Source: Octopus sinensis (lineage: Eukaryota). From it: DNA of 64,000 nt. Both the position numbers and the translations under genes were made by a program. The stretch lies in the NCBI RefSeq assembly GCF_006345805.1, contig NC_043001.1:52452001-52516000 (forward strand), written 5' to 3'. The first letter of the stretch is position 1, and each line of letters starts with the position of its first letter. Below the pieces are notes generated by a model. It saw only the letters and a list, made by a program, of their open reading frames with translations, was not told where the DNA came from and did no database searches. Shown here piece after piece: positions 28,401 to 39,043 of the stretch.

Positions 28401-28454
28401 CAGTAGAAATATTTTTGTGGTGTGTGTGTTGGTGTTGGTGTCTGTGGTGGCCAT
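25438..28454 (-). pseudogene. LINE ORF2 (AP endonuclease + reverse transcriptase), disrupted
   Basis: NVGGL, LTETHL, HGGVAMY, YRPP, GDFN, SDHN; YLDFAKAFDKVDH, GVPQGTVLGP, YADN (normally YADD), SLERRRER. Frameshifts at ~27880 (7-bp duplication), ~27795 and ~25850. Confidence 0.93.
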
Positions 28455-29308
28455 CCTGCATCTGTTGGAGGTGGCCTTATGTGGTGGTAGTTCCAGCTTT
28501 GTGCTTGTAGCCAGGTCAGCTGCTGAACAATTTTTTGTGCCATGCACAAAAAAGACTGCTGTTCAGCTGCCGCCCTTCTCACATCTGGGTGAAGCTGGCC
28601 ACCTGTTGGGTTTCCGCGCACCACATCTGCATACCGTCTTTCAGTAGTGGTCAGTGCGCTTTTTTCCCTTCTTTTAACTTTTTGTTTTTGTTTTTGTTTT
28701 TGTTCTCCCTGAGGGAGGGACCGCTGTCTCGCGTCCGTGCGGTTTTGGTAGGGCCTCCGATGTGCAAAGCGACAGTTTGCACCTTCAACGCCGTACCAGC
28801 AGTCCCCCCTCAGGTAGAATTTGCAGGTGTTTCTTTCCCAGCCCTTACAGTTTTTGCTGGGGTCCCTCTGCTTTCTCTGGACAGGGCTTCCTTTAGCCTT
28901 GATTCTGTCACCCTTTACCTCCTGCTTCCCATCAATTCCAGGGTGCCTTTCCTTTCTTGCAGCCATCGCACCTCTTTGGTCTTCAGTTGTGGTGTTGGAA
29001 GCTGGACATGTGTCATCGTTTCCCTGTGTTCCAGGCTTCTCCATTTGGCTCTGGATGCTTTCCTCATCCTTTTGGCCCTCCCTGCTGCCGTCACCTCCCA
29101 GGATGATGTCCAGGGTGTCCACATGTTGCCTGATTAGAGCGTACGAACGGATAACTTCTATCTTCTTTCGCTCTATCTGGGCGGTGGTTCTCGAAAAATT
29201 GTTGCTTTTCAGCGCCGCAGCAATAATGTCGTTCGGCGAGTCGTCCTCAGCGATCCTCCAAGCGCGGACGAACAATTGCACCTCTCTCGCAGACCAGTTT
29301 CTTGCCAT
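28400..29308 (-). CDS. LINE ORF1 protein, 302 aa: Myb/SANT trihelix-like N-terminus + CCCH zinc finger
   Basis: Open ORF. NWSAREVQLFVRAW..IIAAALKSNNFSRTTAQIERK..DTLDIILG; CKFYLRGDCWYGVEGANCRFAH. Confidence 0.85.
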   Translation of the reverse strand: MARNWSAREVQLFVRAWRIAEDDSPNDIIAAALKSNNFSRTTAQIERKKIEVIRSYALIRQHVDTLDIILGGDGSREGQKDEESIQSQMEKPGTQGNDDTCPASNTTTEDQRGAMAARKERHPGIDGKQEVKGDRIKAKGSPVQRKQRDPSKNCKGWERNTCKFYLRGDCWYGVEGANCRFAHRRPYQNRTDARQRSLPQGEQKQKQKQKVKRREKSALTTTERRYADVVRGNPTGGQLHPDVRRAAAEQQSFLCMAQKIVQQLTWLQAQSWNYHHIRPPPTDAGWPPQTPTPTHTPQKYFY

Positions 29309-29934
29309 TTTCTTCTAGTGAAATATAGGAACAGAGAGAGAGATAGAGAAGGACAGATATGGAGAGGGAGAAGAGAAAGGAGAAAAGCCAGGGGGGGATA
29401 GAGAGAGACGAGGGGATTGTCCTGAGAGAAGAGAGAAAGAGAGAAAATAAGAGGGAAAAAAGAGAAAGGTGAAAGAATGGCAGGTCAGCAGGGGGAGAGT
29501 GAGCGGGATAGAGGTGTAGTAGAAAGGGACAGGGTGGAAAAGTGAGACAAGAGGGTGGACCCTAGGGGGAGCAGGGAGAAGAAAGGCGGAGAGATAAAAT
29601 GGAGAGGAAGAGAGAGATGAAATGGAGAGGGAGAGAGAGAGAGGGCAGGATAGAGGTACCAGGGAGTGAAGTAAAGGGACAGAGAGGGTGGTGTGGAGGA
29701 AGGAGACAGAGAGAGGAAAAAAGAGACAGGGGGTGGTGAGCCTTAGAGGGAACAGGGAGAGGAAAGGTAGGAAGAAAAAAGGGGGAAGAGGAAGAGAGGG
29801 GGCGCAACAGAGTGTAGTAAAGGGACAGGGAGGGTGGTGTAGAGAAAGAAATAAGGGGACAGAAGGGGAAGAGGAAAAGGGGTTTGACCTGTGAAGGAGC
29901 GGAGAGGAAATAGGCAGAGAGAGGGAGGGGGAGT

Positions 29935-30030
29935 TGTCTTGAGGTTGATAAAGGCAATGTACAGGTGGCGATCTTTGCAGAACTCCCGAGATCTTCAATG
30001 ATGTAACGAAGGACAAAAGATATATTGTAT
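29935..30030 (-). mobile_element. ~100-bp RTE-like reverse transcriptase fragment abutting the CR1 5' end
   Basis: With small frameshifts it reads IFVLRYIIE-SREFCKDRHLYIAFINLK, the RT motif preceding KAFD in RTE-type LINEs. Confidence 0.6.
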
Positions 30031-30329
30031 CCATTACTCCACACGATCGATTCTTAATTATCTTGGGAAAATCTAAATGTTTTACTGTAAATATGTTTCT
30101 ATCGTATGGCTAACTTTTGTCTTTTATTTGCGATATCATATTCTGACGTGAATATTAGAGTAACTCTTCTAGGCAATGTATGCAGCTTATTTTCCCTACG
30201 TTGCAAGATGTTGCCTTGCTCAATATAGACTACCGTTATCCCTAGAGAGCCACTTGTTATACAAGGGGGACAAAATTAACTTAGCAAATGTGGAGTTTTC
30301 TTTATTCAGTGGTACGGAACGTTCTACGG

Positions 30330-30903
30330 TATTCTTTTATTCTTTCACTTGTTTCAGTCATTTGACTGTGGCCATACTGGAACACTATTCTTTATTCGAA
30401 GAAATCGATCCCTGAACTTAATGCCTGTAAGCCTGATGCTTATACTTTTACTCTCTTCTGCCGAACCGCTAGGATACGGAGATACAAACACAACAAAATC
30501 AGTTGTCAAGCGATGGTGGTGGGGGGAAAACACTGACACAAACACACACACACACACTCACACACATAAATACACACACATATATATAAATATAAAGAGG
30601 ATAACATTTAGTTTTAAACCTCTGAGTGAGAAGTGATTAGTAACAGAACATCAGAGTAAAATCTATTTCCCAACGTAAATCGGCAGTCCTGGACAGGTCG
30701 ATGTTACTATCATTTTTAATTCCAGGAAAACATCTTTTCCATCTGGCTACCGACGCACAACAGTAGTTATAAGGCTGCAGTTTTGCGTCGATAACCAGCT
30801 GAAAAAGATATTTCCCTGGGGCTAAAAACGGCAGTAACATCGTCCTAACAAGGACTGCCGATTTACGTTGGAAAATAGATTTTACTTCTCTCTTTCTCTC
30901 TCT

Positions 30904-30939
<36 letters not shown>

Positions 30940-31010
30940 GATGGACTTCTTTCATTTTCCGTCTATCAAATCCACTCACAAGGTTTTGGTCCGGCCGTGG
31001 TTAAAGTAGA
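30330..31010 (-). mobile_element. SINE family A, interrupted in its central microsatellite
   Basis: Reverse complement of the family A tail (cttgtttcagtcatttgactgtggccat) and body (atccactcacaagg). Confidence 0.8.
30655..30886. repeat. ~230-bp palindromic MITE inside the SINE
   Basis: agtaaaatctatttcccaacgtaaatcggcagtcct ... aggactgccgatttacgttggaaaatagattttact. Arms pair to the centre near 30770. Confidence 0.9.
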
Positions 31011-31510
31011 ACTAACTCTATAAAGTATAGAGTTGAATTTCGTGTAGGCACCTCTTGGCAACTTTTGTCCTCCAGCTATTTTGTAGGGGGTGCTACCCAT
31101 TTTTCTTGGCTCTTTCCACATCTATACACCTTTCAAAATTTGCATTAGATTTTATGAGAAAAAAAGAGCGGGACTTGTTTGTAGTTTGTAATAATTAAAC
31201 ACATTGGAAGAATTGGAAGACAGTATTAATAATGAAAGTGTGTGAGATACTACTATAAGTATTATCTCACATTACATTGAGATGTTATTGTTTCACTTAT
31301 GACTCCTAATACTGAAATAGTGTAAGAGATAATATATTGCTCCGGACTCGCATTAGGCAAGAAGTTGAAAATTGTTGGAGCCCATGACACTTATGGATCC
31401 TAAGTAAGTCATGTTTAAATTTGAATGAAATCGGTTGGGTAGATCTCGAGTTTTAGTTATGCCCACATGCAGACAGATAGACACACATTCTCAGTTTTAG
31501 GTATATACAT
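31011..31510 (-). mobile_element. probable non-autonomous rolling-circle element
   Basis: Terminal hairpin aactctata-aag-tatagagtt at the left. Right end has aaatttgaatgaaatcggttg..cagacagatagacacac..tatata, a layout like 24329-25292. Confidence 0.4.
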
Positions 31511-31544
31511 GTCAACAGAAACAACAAATATAATAACGATAATC

Positions 31545-31757
31545 CTTTCTGCTATAGGCACAAGGCCTGAAATTTTTGAGGAAGAGGCAAGTCGATCGCA
31601 TCGAACTCAGTTCGTAACTGATACTTATTCCATTGACCCGGAAAGGATGAAAGGCAGAACCAACCTCCACGGAATTTGAACTCAGAACTTAAGGGCGGAC
31701 GAAATACCGCTAAGCATTTTGCCTGGCGTGCTAACGATTTTGCCATCTCGCCGCCTA
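31545..31757 (-). mobile_element. tRNA-derived SINE, family C (related copies 44462-44570 +, 63230-63435 -)
   Basis: Minus strand aggcggcgagatggcaaaatcgttagc..gagttcaaattcc (A/B boxes), then gcctttcatcctttccgggtc..aagtatcag, resembling the Deu/Nin central domain. Confidence 0.75.
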
Positions 31758-33759
31758 AAATGATGATGATGATGATGATCATGTCATACATCGCTCCATT
31801 ACTTCGCATACCAGCACAATCCATTAATTTTCAAGAATCACTGCGCCCCTACACATTTATGCCAAACTGCCCACATCACTAACCTTCTTTACTCATATCT
31901 TTGTATATTTCCATATACATACATCCAAAAGTGTGCTTTTTTTTATTCTGTTGACCTCAACATTGATATAAACTAGTACTAAATATGCTGACAGAAAAAG
32001 ATAATACTTTTGAACATGGCCTTCTCATCAGGTAAACTAATATATATATGTGTGTTGTTATCAACAGATATTATGGGACGGATAAGGATTGTTTCAGCTT
32101 CTACATTACCCGATTTGTAGTCATGATACTGAATTGCCAATATTGCTGTATTAGATATCAAAAGGTAGAGCAATCTTCCCTCTACCAGCTTAAAGTAGTT
32201 TTTTGCACACTAACTATATTTTTCTACAAAATTTAACAGCAAAACGAGGCTGGGTCGCACAATTTGAGGTCATTTTGTGGGCAATGTTAGGATTTCCTTC
32301 TAATTTAAGCTGCCAATGTACTTTTTTTGGTGTCAAAAACTTCAGCATTGTTCGTCAGAAAATGACCGAAAAGCATGTATATAAAGATGAGTTGTTTACT
32401 TGATACTCCTCGTGTGCCGGTTCTGCCCATAAGAAAGAATAACTAATACAATGTGGCTGCAGGTAATAACACTTGGGCAACATCGAGGTGCCTTGCTAGT
32501 ATTCTAATAGAGGTCAACAATCGAGGAATATGTAGTATATTTAGATTCGAAAACTTTGATTTCATATCGTTAAATTCGATTACAAAATCATTCGTAACCA
32601 TAGATAACCTCCCACTTGTAATTGACCGAAATATTCAACCTCGCCACCTCTTTTTCTTTTTTTTCTTACAAGGAAACTATTTTACTTGCAGTTTGAATGT
32701 GATTTCTCAAGCAATGATCTACTGCCAAATCTAAGATGTAAGTTAAAATATGGGAATTATTTGACGATAAATGATTGATGAGCTGGAGAATATGTGCTAT
32801 ATGTAAAGCAAATACAGCAAATTTCACATACAGAGAAACGAAGTGATGAAATCAGAAAACATGGATGTTTGAAATTATGAATGAAAATTTGTGTAATGAG
32901 AAGGAAATAATGGTGGTAAGTTTGCTGAAGTATGTAAACACAAGCCAACAAGATTTTATGCATCTTTGTTTATCTCTCTCTCTATATAAATTTATGTACA
33001 GTTCTGTATTTGTTTAATCATGTGTGTGTAGTCACGACAGCACTGCAGCATATAAAAATAGCTTACCTTATTTCTTCAGTTAATTTTTAGAATCTACATC
33101 ACGAACCAATTTATACGAAACATCCGAATTTTCATAAACCTATTTTACTATACAGAATTATCAAAATCGCCACAAATACACACGCATACAAAAATTATAA
33201 ATACATATGTCAACGGACATATTTCTTATACTCATTTCCTGATCCTCATGCACAAATATATTCATGCCTATATTTAAATACGTGTTCAGAACGAATTGCT
33301 TCATCCCCCCCATCATCTCTTTCAAATATGCTACCAATTGATAGCCTCGCTTTCAGTTTTCCCAATCCGACTAATATTTATTGTTTATCCTTGATGACCC
33401 TTATACAAAACACGGATGCTTAGATTTGCACGTAATTACTTAGGAAATGCTACGGCTAATAGACAAATAACATTCAAAATAAATGATTATTTTTGATTTA
33501 AGTTTTTGACGTAAGTGAATTAGTAGGTCACTACAACCAGACCATCACATTGAACAGTAACACATTTACCCGCTAAAAGCATAACTGGATATGCCAACTC
33601 AGAGGCGTATTTACAGAAATACCTCCATTTTCATATGCATACATAATTTTATGTGTTCGTTCACAAATAACTACAATATACACCGAATGAAATAATTAAA
33701 AGAGAAATGCTTAAAACTCAAGCGGAACCCTCACAATCATTTGGCAAAATTGCCAAATG

Positions 33760-36700
33760 ATTGTGGAAGGATTCCGACCACCCACCAAGTGACTGATGGT
33801 GGACTGTCTCGTTGTTACAAAACAAAGTACTGTGAGTGATTGGCAGTTCGTGTTGGTAAAAATCTTTCGTTAAATCACTTGCGGTTCTGAAGTAAGTCGT
33901 TTGTTTGTTATACTTGTTTGAATGTCTCCTCGTATGGGTGAACCTAGGATCTGTTGAATTTTGAATTGCTGTCGCTATTTTTGCCTGTTTTTATATTTGT
34001 TTTCTTCCCCATTTATGGACGTGAGGAGAGATTGAGCATGAACCAACCGGAAGTTATGTATCTGCTGCGATAAAAGGATTGACTATCAACACCCCGGAAG
34101 TATGATAAATTAAGATAGAGCCCAAAACATGGAAAGAAGGCAGTAAATTGATTGAAAAGAAGCCAGTTTGAGGCTGAACCCACCGGAGGGATTGACTAAT
34201 AATGTGGCGAAGAGGACAGTGGTATACAGAACGCTATCCACGTCTTCTAAAGAGATAGAGATTGCAACAATTGAAGCAATAGAGAAATACCTCGAAGACA
34301 TAAAGAAGGTTAACACCTTTTATACGCTCGGAAGTAAGTACCGCACAGTGGATGTAAGATTTGAAAACGAAGAGGACACAATAAACCACTCTACTGTGAT
34401 GATAAGGATACAGGAATGGGTACTTCTGCCGACTTACTGTGGGAAACGCGTCACCAGAGTAAGAATCGGCAGAGTATCCCCCAAGATTAAGGAAGCATGG
34501 CTGGTGGCAGCGGTCATGTACAGGATGAAAGATAAAGCTAAAATATTGAAGATTACTAGAACCAAAAAAGCTTAATTGGTGGGAGTATGACCTCGAGATA
34601 ACCATACAAGTGAGCCTCAAAGACTTGTATGAGATCAGAGGAAATTATTCTACCGGAAGACGTTAGGCTAAGAGTGGTGGTGGAAGGGAGACCACCAACA
34701 TGTTTCTTATATGATCAAAACGGGCACATGAAAGCAAGGTGTCCCAGAAAGAAAAAGTAGATGAGCAGTAGCAACAGTGTGAAGGACAGAGTGGCGAAGT
34801 GGCAGTACCGGAAGGCGAGAAAGACAAAGAAGAACCATTCACTGTCGTGAATAGGAGGAAAAAGAAAGAGGATGTGAGCTCTCCACCAGAGTGACAGAAA
34901 TGAATGAAGGAGACAGAGGTGGAGGAGACAAGGAACTGGTTCGATGCACCAGCAGTACCAACAATCGAAGGTAACGTGGAAGCAGAAACATCATTGCGAC
35001 ACGTAGTGGAGGACATAGACGTTGAGGATGTTTTGAGCGCACCAACAGAGAAACGAAGAGGAATGACTCGCTCGGACATCCCGGGTCCATCGCTGAAACA
35101 AACAAATGTTAAAAAGTGAAAGAACAAGTGGCATATGTTCACATACGTCAAGAGTACTTGCAAATGAACGGAAGATCACAAAATACAAATCTATCATGAA
35201 AGTTAAGTTTCCACCAGAGAAATATCCAGAACACATCAAAGGAATAATAATCGATAACGAAAGATATAGTAAACTAAAAGAACTGTTCGGAGGTAATATA
35301 GACCCTTTAGGTGTTGTGATAGTATTCGATGATTTACATCAACCAGACCCTTCGCGAGCAGATACAATTAAGTATAGGTCCTCTCCGACAAACATAGCGA
35401 CCTTTTACGCATGTTTAGGATTGGCAAGTTATTACCAAAATAATATTCCAAATATGCATAAGGTGAGAGTTCCATTGAATAATCTGCTGAAAAAAAAATG
35501 AAATGGAATTGGTCGGAAAATTTTCAAAAAACGTTTGACGAAATAAAAAAAACTTACTAATATCTGATTTGTCATCAGCAAGCTTCGATTATGCAGCGGA
35601 GATTGTTGTAGCTTCAGACGCTTTTGAGTATGGCAGTGGAGCATTAATGCTACATAAATATAAAGAGAGTTACATAAAGGCGATTGTCCATACTTCGTGT
35701 TCTCTGATAACAGGAGAGAAAAATTATAGTCAAATCGTGAGTGCAGTCGTTAATGAGAAGTTATGTATACTGGCCAACCATGGACCGTGACTTTGAAGAA
35801 TCTGTGAAAGCATGCAGAGGGAGTTACTTTAGCTGCAAAAGTGCCTCCCACAAAATGGCTATCGTGGCCAAAAACAGGTGTTCCATGGGCTAGACTGCAT
35901 GTTGATTACGCAAGCTCACTTAAGGGTTCATATTACCTTTATGGGATTGACTGTTTTTCGAAGTGGCCGGAAGAGCATAAATGTAAAAAGTAGACATCTG
36001 CGGTTACAATAAAATTTTTACACGAATTGTTCGCTTGGTACAGTATTCCGTATGCCATTGTGTCTGATAATAGAACTCAATTCATGTCAGATGAGCTCAG
36101 AAGATATTGCAAACTGTTTATCATCGTACATGTCACCACCCCGCCCTATCATCCAAAGTCAAATGGACAAGCAGAACGATTTGTTGACACTTTCAAGAGG
36201 GCGTTGCAAAAGGCGAACAGTGAAGTTATGGACAATATTGCACTCCAAGAGTTTCTAAGAGCGTACCAGGTAACATCTAGCCCGAATACACCTTCAGGAG
36301 TGTCACATGCAGAATTAAGCTTTGCTAGAAATGTCATACGTTTTTGATAAGCTGATACCTTGTGAAAATGAAAAAAAGGCGAACAACAAAAATACTTGAA
36401 AATTCTTCAAGTTAGGTAACGAAGCTTTTTTGACAAACATATTTGATATGGTAAAGAAAGCTGGGAGGACGGTGTAATAATTAATCAGATTGGAAGAAAT
36501 ATATACCTGGTAAAAGGAAAAACATGTTGAACACAAAAGACATATTAACCAGCTTAAAAAAGATTCACAGAAAAACACAGTCACGAGAAATGAAATCCCT
36601 ATCGAAGTATTGTACGACACATTTGAGATATCAACATCCAAACAATTTGAAACTACACGTTCTAGCACAAGAAAAAGGAAAAGAACGGAAACACTGGAAA

Positions 36701-36950
36701 TGAACCCTAAGCGTAAGAAATATCAAAATTCGGAGCAGAGTTCAATTCTCAAAAGGGGAGAAGATAGGTGAGACAGATTTTTAAAAGGCGTTGTGGAAAA
36801 TCGACAATGTCCCAAGTGACTGAAGGTGAACTGTCTCACTTATAAAAGAAAGAAATTTGGGCGATCGTCATTTCGGGTTGGTAAGCAGTTTCTTATTATC
36901 CTTTGATGTAGAGCTTTGAGTCTCATAATCCCTCTGCTTCGTTGTATAAT
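33760..36950 (+). mobile_element. old Gypsy LTR element with RT-connection, RNase H and integrase remnants
   Basis: Diverged direct repeats (tgtggaa..ccaagtgactga.ggtg.actgtctc..gttggtaa) at ~33762 and ~36792. LGLASYY..PLNNLLKK; VASDAFEYG..EKNYSQI; RLHVDYA, IVSDNRTQF, PPYHPKSNGQAERFV. Confidence 0.85.
34020..35330 (+). pseudogene. L1/Tx1-like ORF1 (RRM-like + degenerate CCHC knuckle) inside the Gypsy element
   Basis: RTVDVRFENEE..LLPTYCGKRVTRVRIGRVSP; VVVEGRPPTCFLYDQNGHMKARCP; then an acidic/basic low-complexity tail. Confidence 0.55.
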
Positions 36951-36970
36951 ATTATATATCCCATACAAGG

Positions 36971-37027
<57 letters not shown>

Positions 37028-38030
37028 GTGTGTGTGTGTGTGTATGTGTGTGTGTGTGTAATATGTGTGAATATATACACAGATTTAGATACGTGTGTGT
37101 GTCTGTGTATGTGTGTGTGTATGAGATTAATAATGTAATTAAAGGTAAGACACCTAGTTAGATCGGAATAAAATGCACACGCAACAATTATAGATGAATA
37201 CCAACCTTGGTACAGTATTGCTGGCAGAATGATAGTCTGGTCATGTAGGCAGTTATTTGAACCCAACTTAGTATATAATCCGCTTCTGTGCTATTCAGTC
37301 ATGTGCATTTTATTAAATATACAGTCCAGAATACGCGAGGAGCATGTTCCGAGATAGGTGAATTAAGATAAATAACAATTGATGGCATGATGGCAATTCA
37401 TTACAACCGTTTCTAAGGAATCTTTTAGTTGAAGGAGTACATTATAATAATATAAAATGACGTTTTCTTCAGATGAATATATGAATTTTACAATCTATGG
37501 CTTTTAAGATAGTTTAAAATGCACGGCACATACATATTTAGTGATTTATAATGCTCGTGATTTTTCTTGTGATTTCTCTCGGTCCAGCATTCTGAATAGT
37601 AACTTGAATAGATTGCTGAGAAAGGCAAGCCATGTTACAAAAATCTGCGTTTACTTGCACCTCCAGTGCATGTAATTATTAGTAGCTGGTATTTTTATAC
37701 TGTATACACACACACACACACATGCATACACACATTATTCTTTAACAAGTAGTCAATGCTATTCCTACCCATCCCCAGCAACGTTATTGCAACCACATTA
37801 GCATACATCTGTCATCCTCCCACATACTAGAGGAAAATACATGCACGTACGCGTACATGTTCTTCCAGACACACATGTACACTTTCATACGTACACCTAT
37901 AAATATTAAAATATACTTACATTCACCAATCATCCATAGGAACACACACCTAAGCATGCATCGTTAACATGTGAACAGCACACATGCGCATACAGCTGGC
38001 ATAACGCACACGTATTCGCACACAAGTCAA

Positions 38031-38095
38031 GTCGCGTGGTTAAATGGTTAGTGTATTCGGCTCATGATCGTAAGGTCGTGAGTTCGGATCCCGGC
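38031..38095 (+). other. tRNA-like SINE head only
   Basis: A box tggttaaatgg, B box gagttcggatccc, CAT in an anticodon-like loop. Joins directly to the mariner sequence. Confidence 0.65.
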
Positions 38096-39043
38096 TGGAG
38101 CATTGTCGTGTTGAAAAAGGACTCCTCTGGTGAGCATTCCCGGCCTCTTTTCTTTGATTGCTTCTCGGAGGCGATTCAGTAACTGAGAATAATACAGCTC
38201 TGTCACGGTGCGACCCTTTTCAAGGTAATCGATCAGCAAAACAGCTTGAGAATCCCCCAAAACTGGCGCTATGACCTTGCTTGAGAATCCCCCAAAACTG
38301 ACGCCATGACCTTACCAGCTGAAGTTGTGTGCCTTCAATGCTTTGATTGTTCTTTGGTTTCAGGCTGGTAGTCATGAACCCAACTTTCGTCCATAGTAAT
38401 GAAACGAGCAAGAAAATTCTCTTCATCGGCTTCAAACAGTTCCAGATTGATCGTGGACAAAGTACACCTGGTGCTTTTCTGTACAGGAGTCAAAAGGCGA
38501 AGGGCCCACCTTGCAGAAACCATTGAGAACCCAAGTTCTTTTGTCACAATGTTGTCTGCTCTTTCAGTTGAGATGCCCAGTCTCTCCGCTATCTCATGAC
38601 ATGATATTTGACGATCTTGCATTAACATACCAAGAGCAAGGTCAATGTTGTTCTCAGGGGTTGCAGTTGGAGGTCTCCCTGGTTCGGAATCATCTTCCAC
38701 AATCTCCCTGTCACGCTGGAATTCATTTACCCAGTGTTTGACTGTTGCATATGAAGAAGCATTGTCTGTTAAGGTTGTCACCACATCTTCATGGATTTCC
38801 GATGGAGTCATGCCTTTCACATGATGGTACTTTATGACAGCACGATACTCAGTTTTCTCCATGTTCCTTGTAACCTCGACACTTGTTTATTCAAAATTCT
38901 GCAACAAAACAATATCAAAATATCAGAATCATGAAAATGGGCAAGAATACTCCGAATAGACTGTACTTAAAAGAAAAAATGTTTCAGATACCTAGCAGCC
39001 CTCTTTCTAGGTTCGGCTCAAAACTTTTCATACAACCCTCCTA
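38092..39043 (-). mobile_element. mariner (DD34D-type) element, 3'-truncated, 5' TIR present
   Basis: MEKTEYRAVIKY..GRPPT..VSARWALRLLT..ITMDESWVH; LIDYLEKGRTV..FQHDNAPA. TIR taggagggttgtatgaaaagttttgagcc. 35-bp tandem duplication at 38244-38313. Confidence 0.92.

Larger units (their letters stand above)
25362..29935 (-). mobile_element. near full-length CR1-clade LINE (pyrimidine-rich 5' UTR, ORF1, ORF2, structured tail, (TTTAAGGA)n end)
   Basis: ORF1 28400-29308; ORF2 28454-25438 with APE + RT. Same family as the copies at 1394 and 58321. Confidence 0.95.

Noticed and set aside
26344-29318. Antisense and alternate-frame ORFs overlapping the LINE
   Set aside because: Shadows of the ORF1/ORF2 coding frames.
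29315-30044. 239-aa and 160-aa Leu/Ser/Pro/Phe-rich ORFs upstream of ORF1
   Set aside because: Open only because the strand is pyrimidine-rich; treated as 5' UTR.
38031-38095. tRNA-Met gene
   Set aside because: No paired acceptor stem; it matches SINE heads and is truncated by the mariner.
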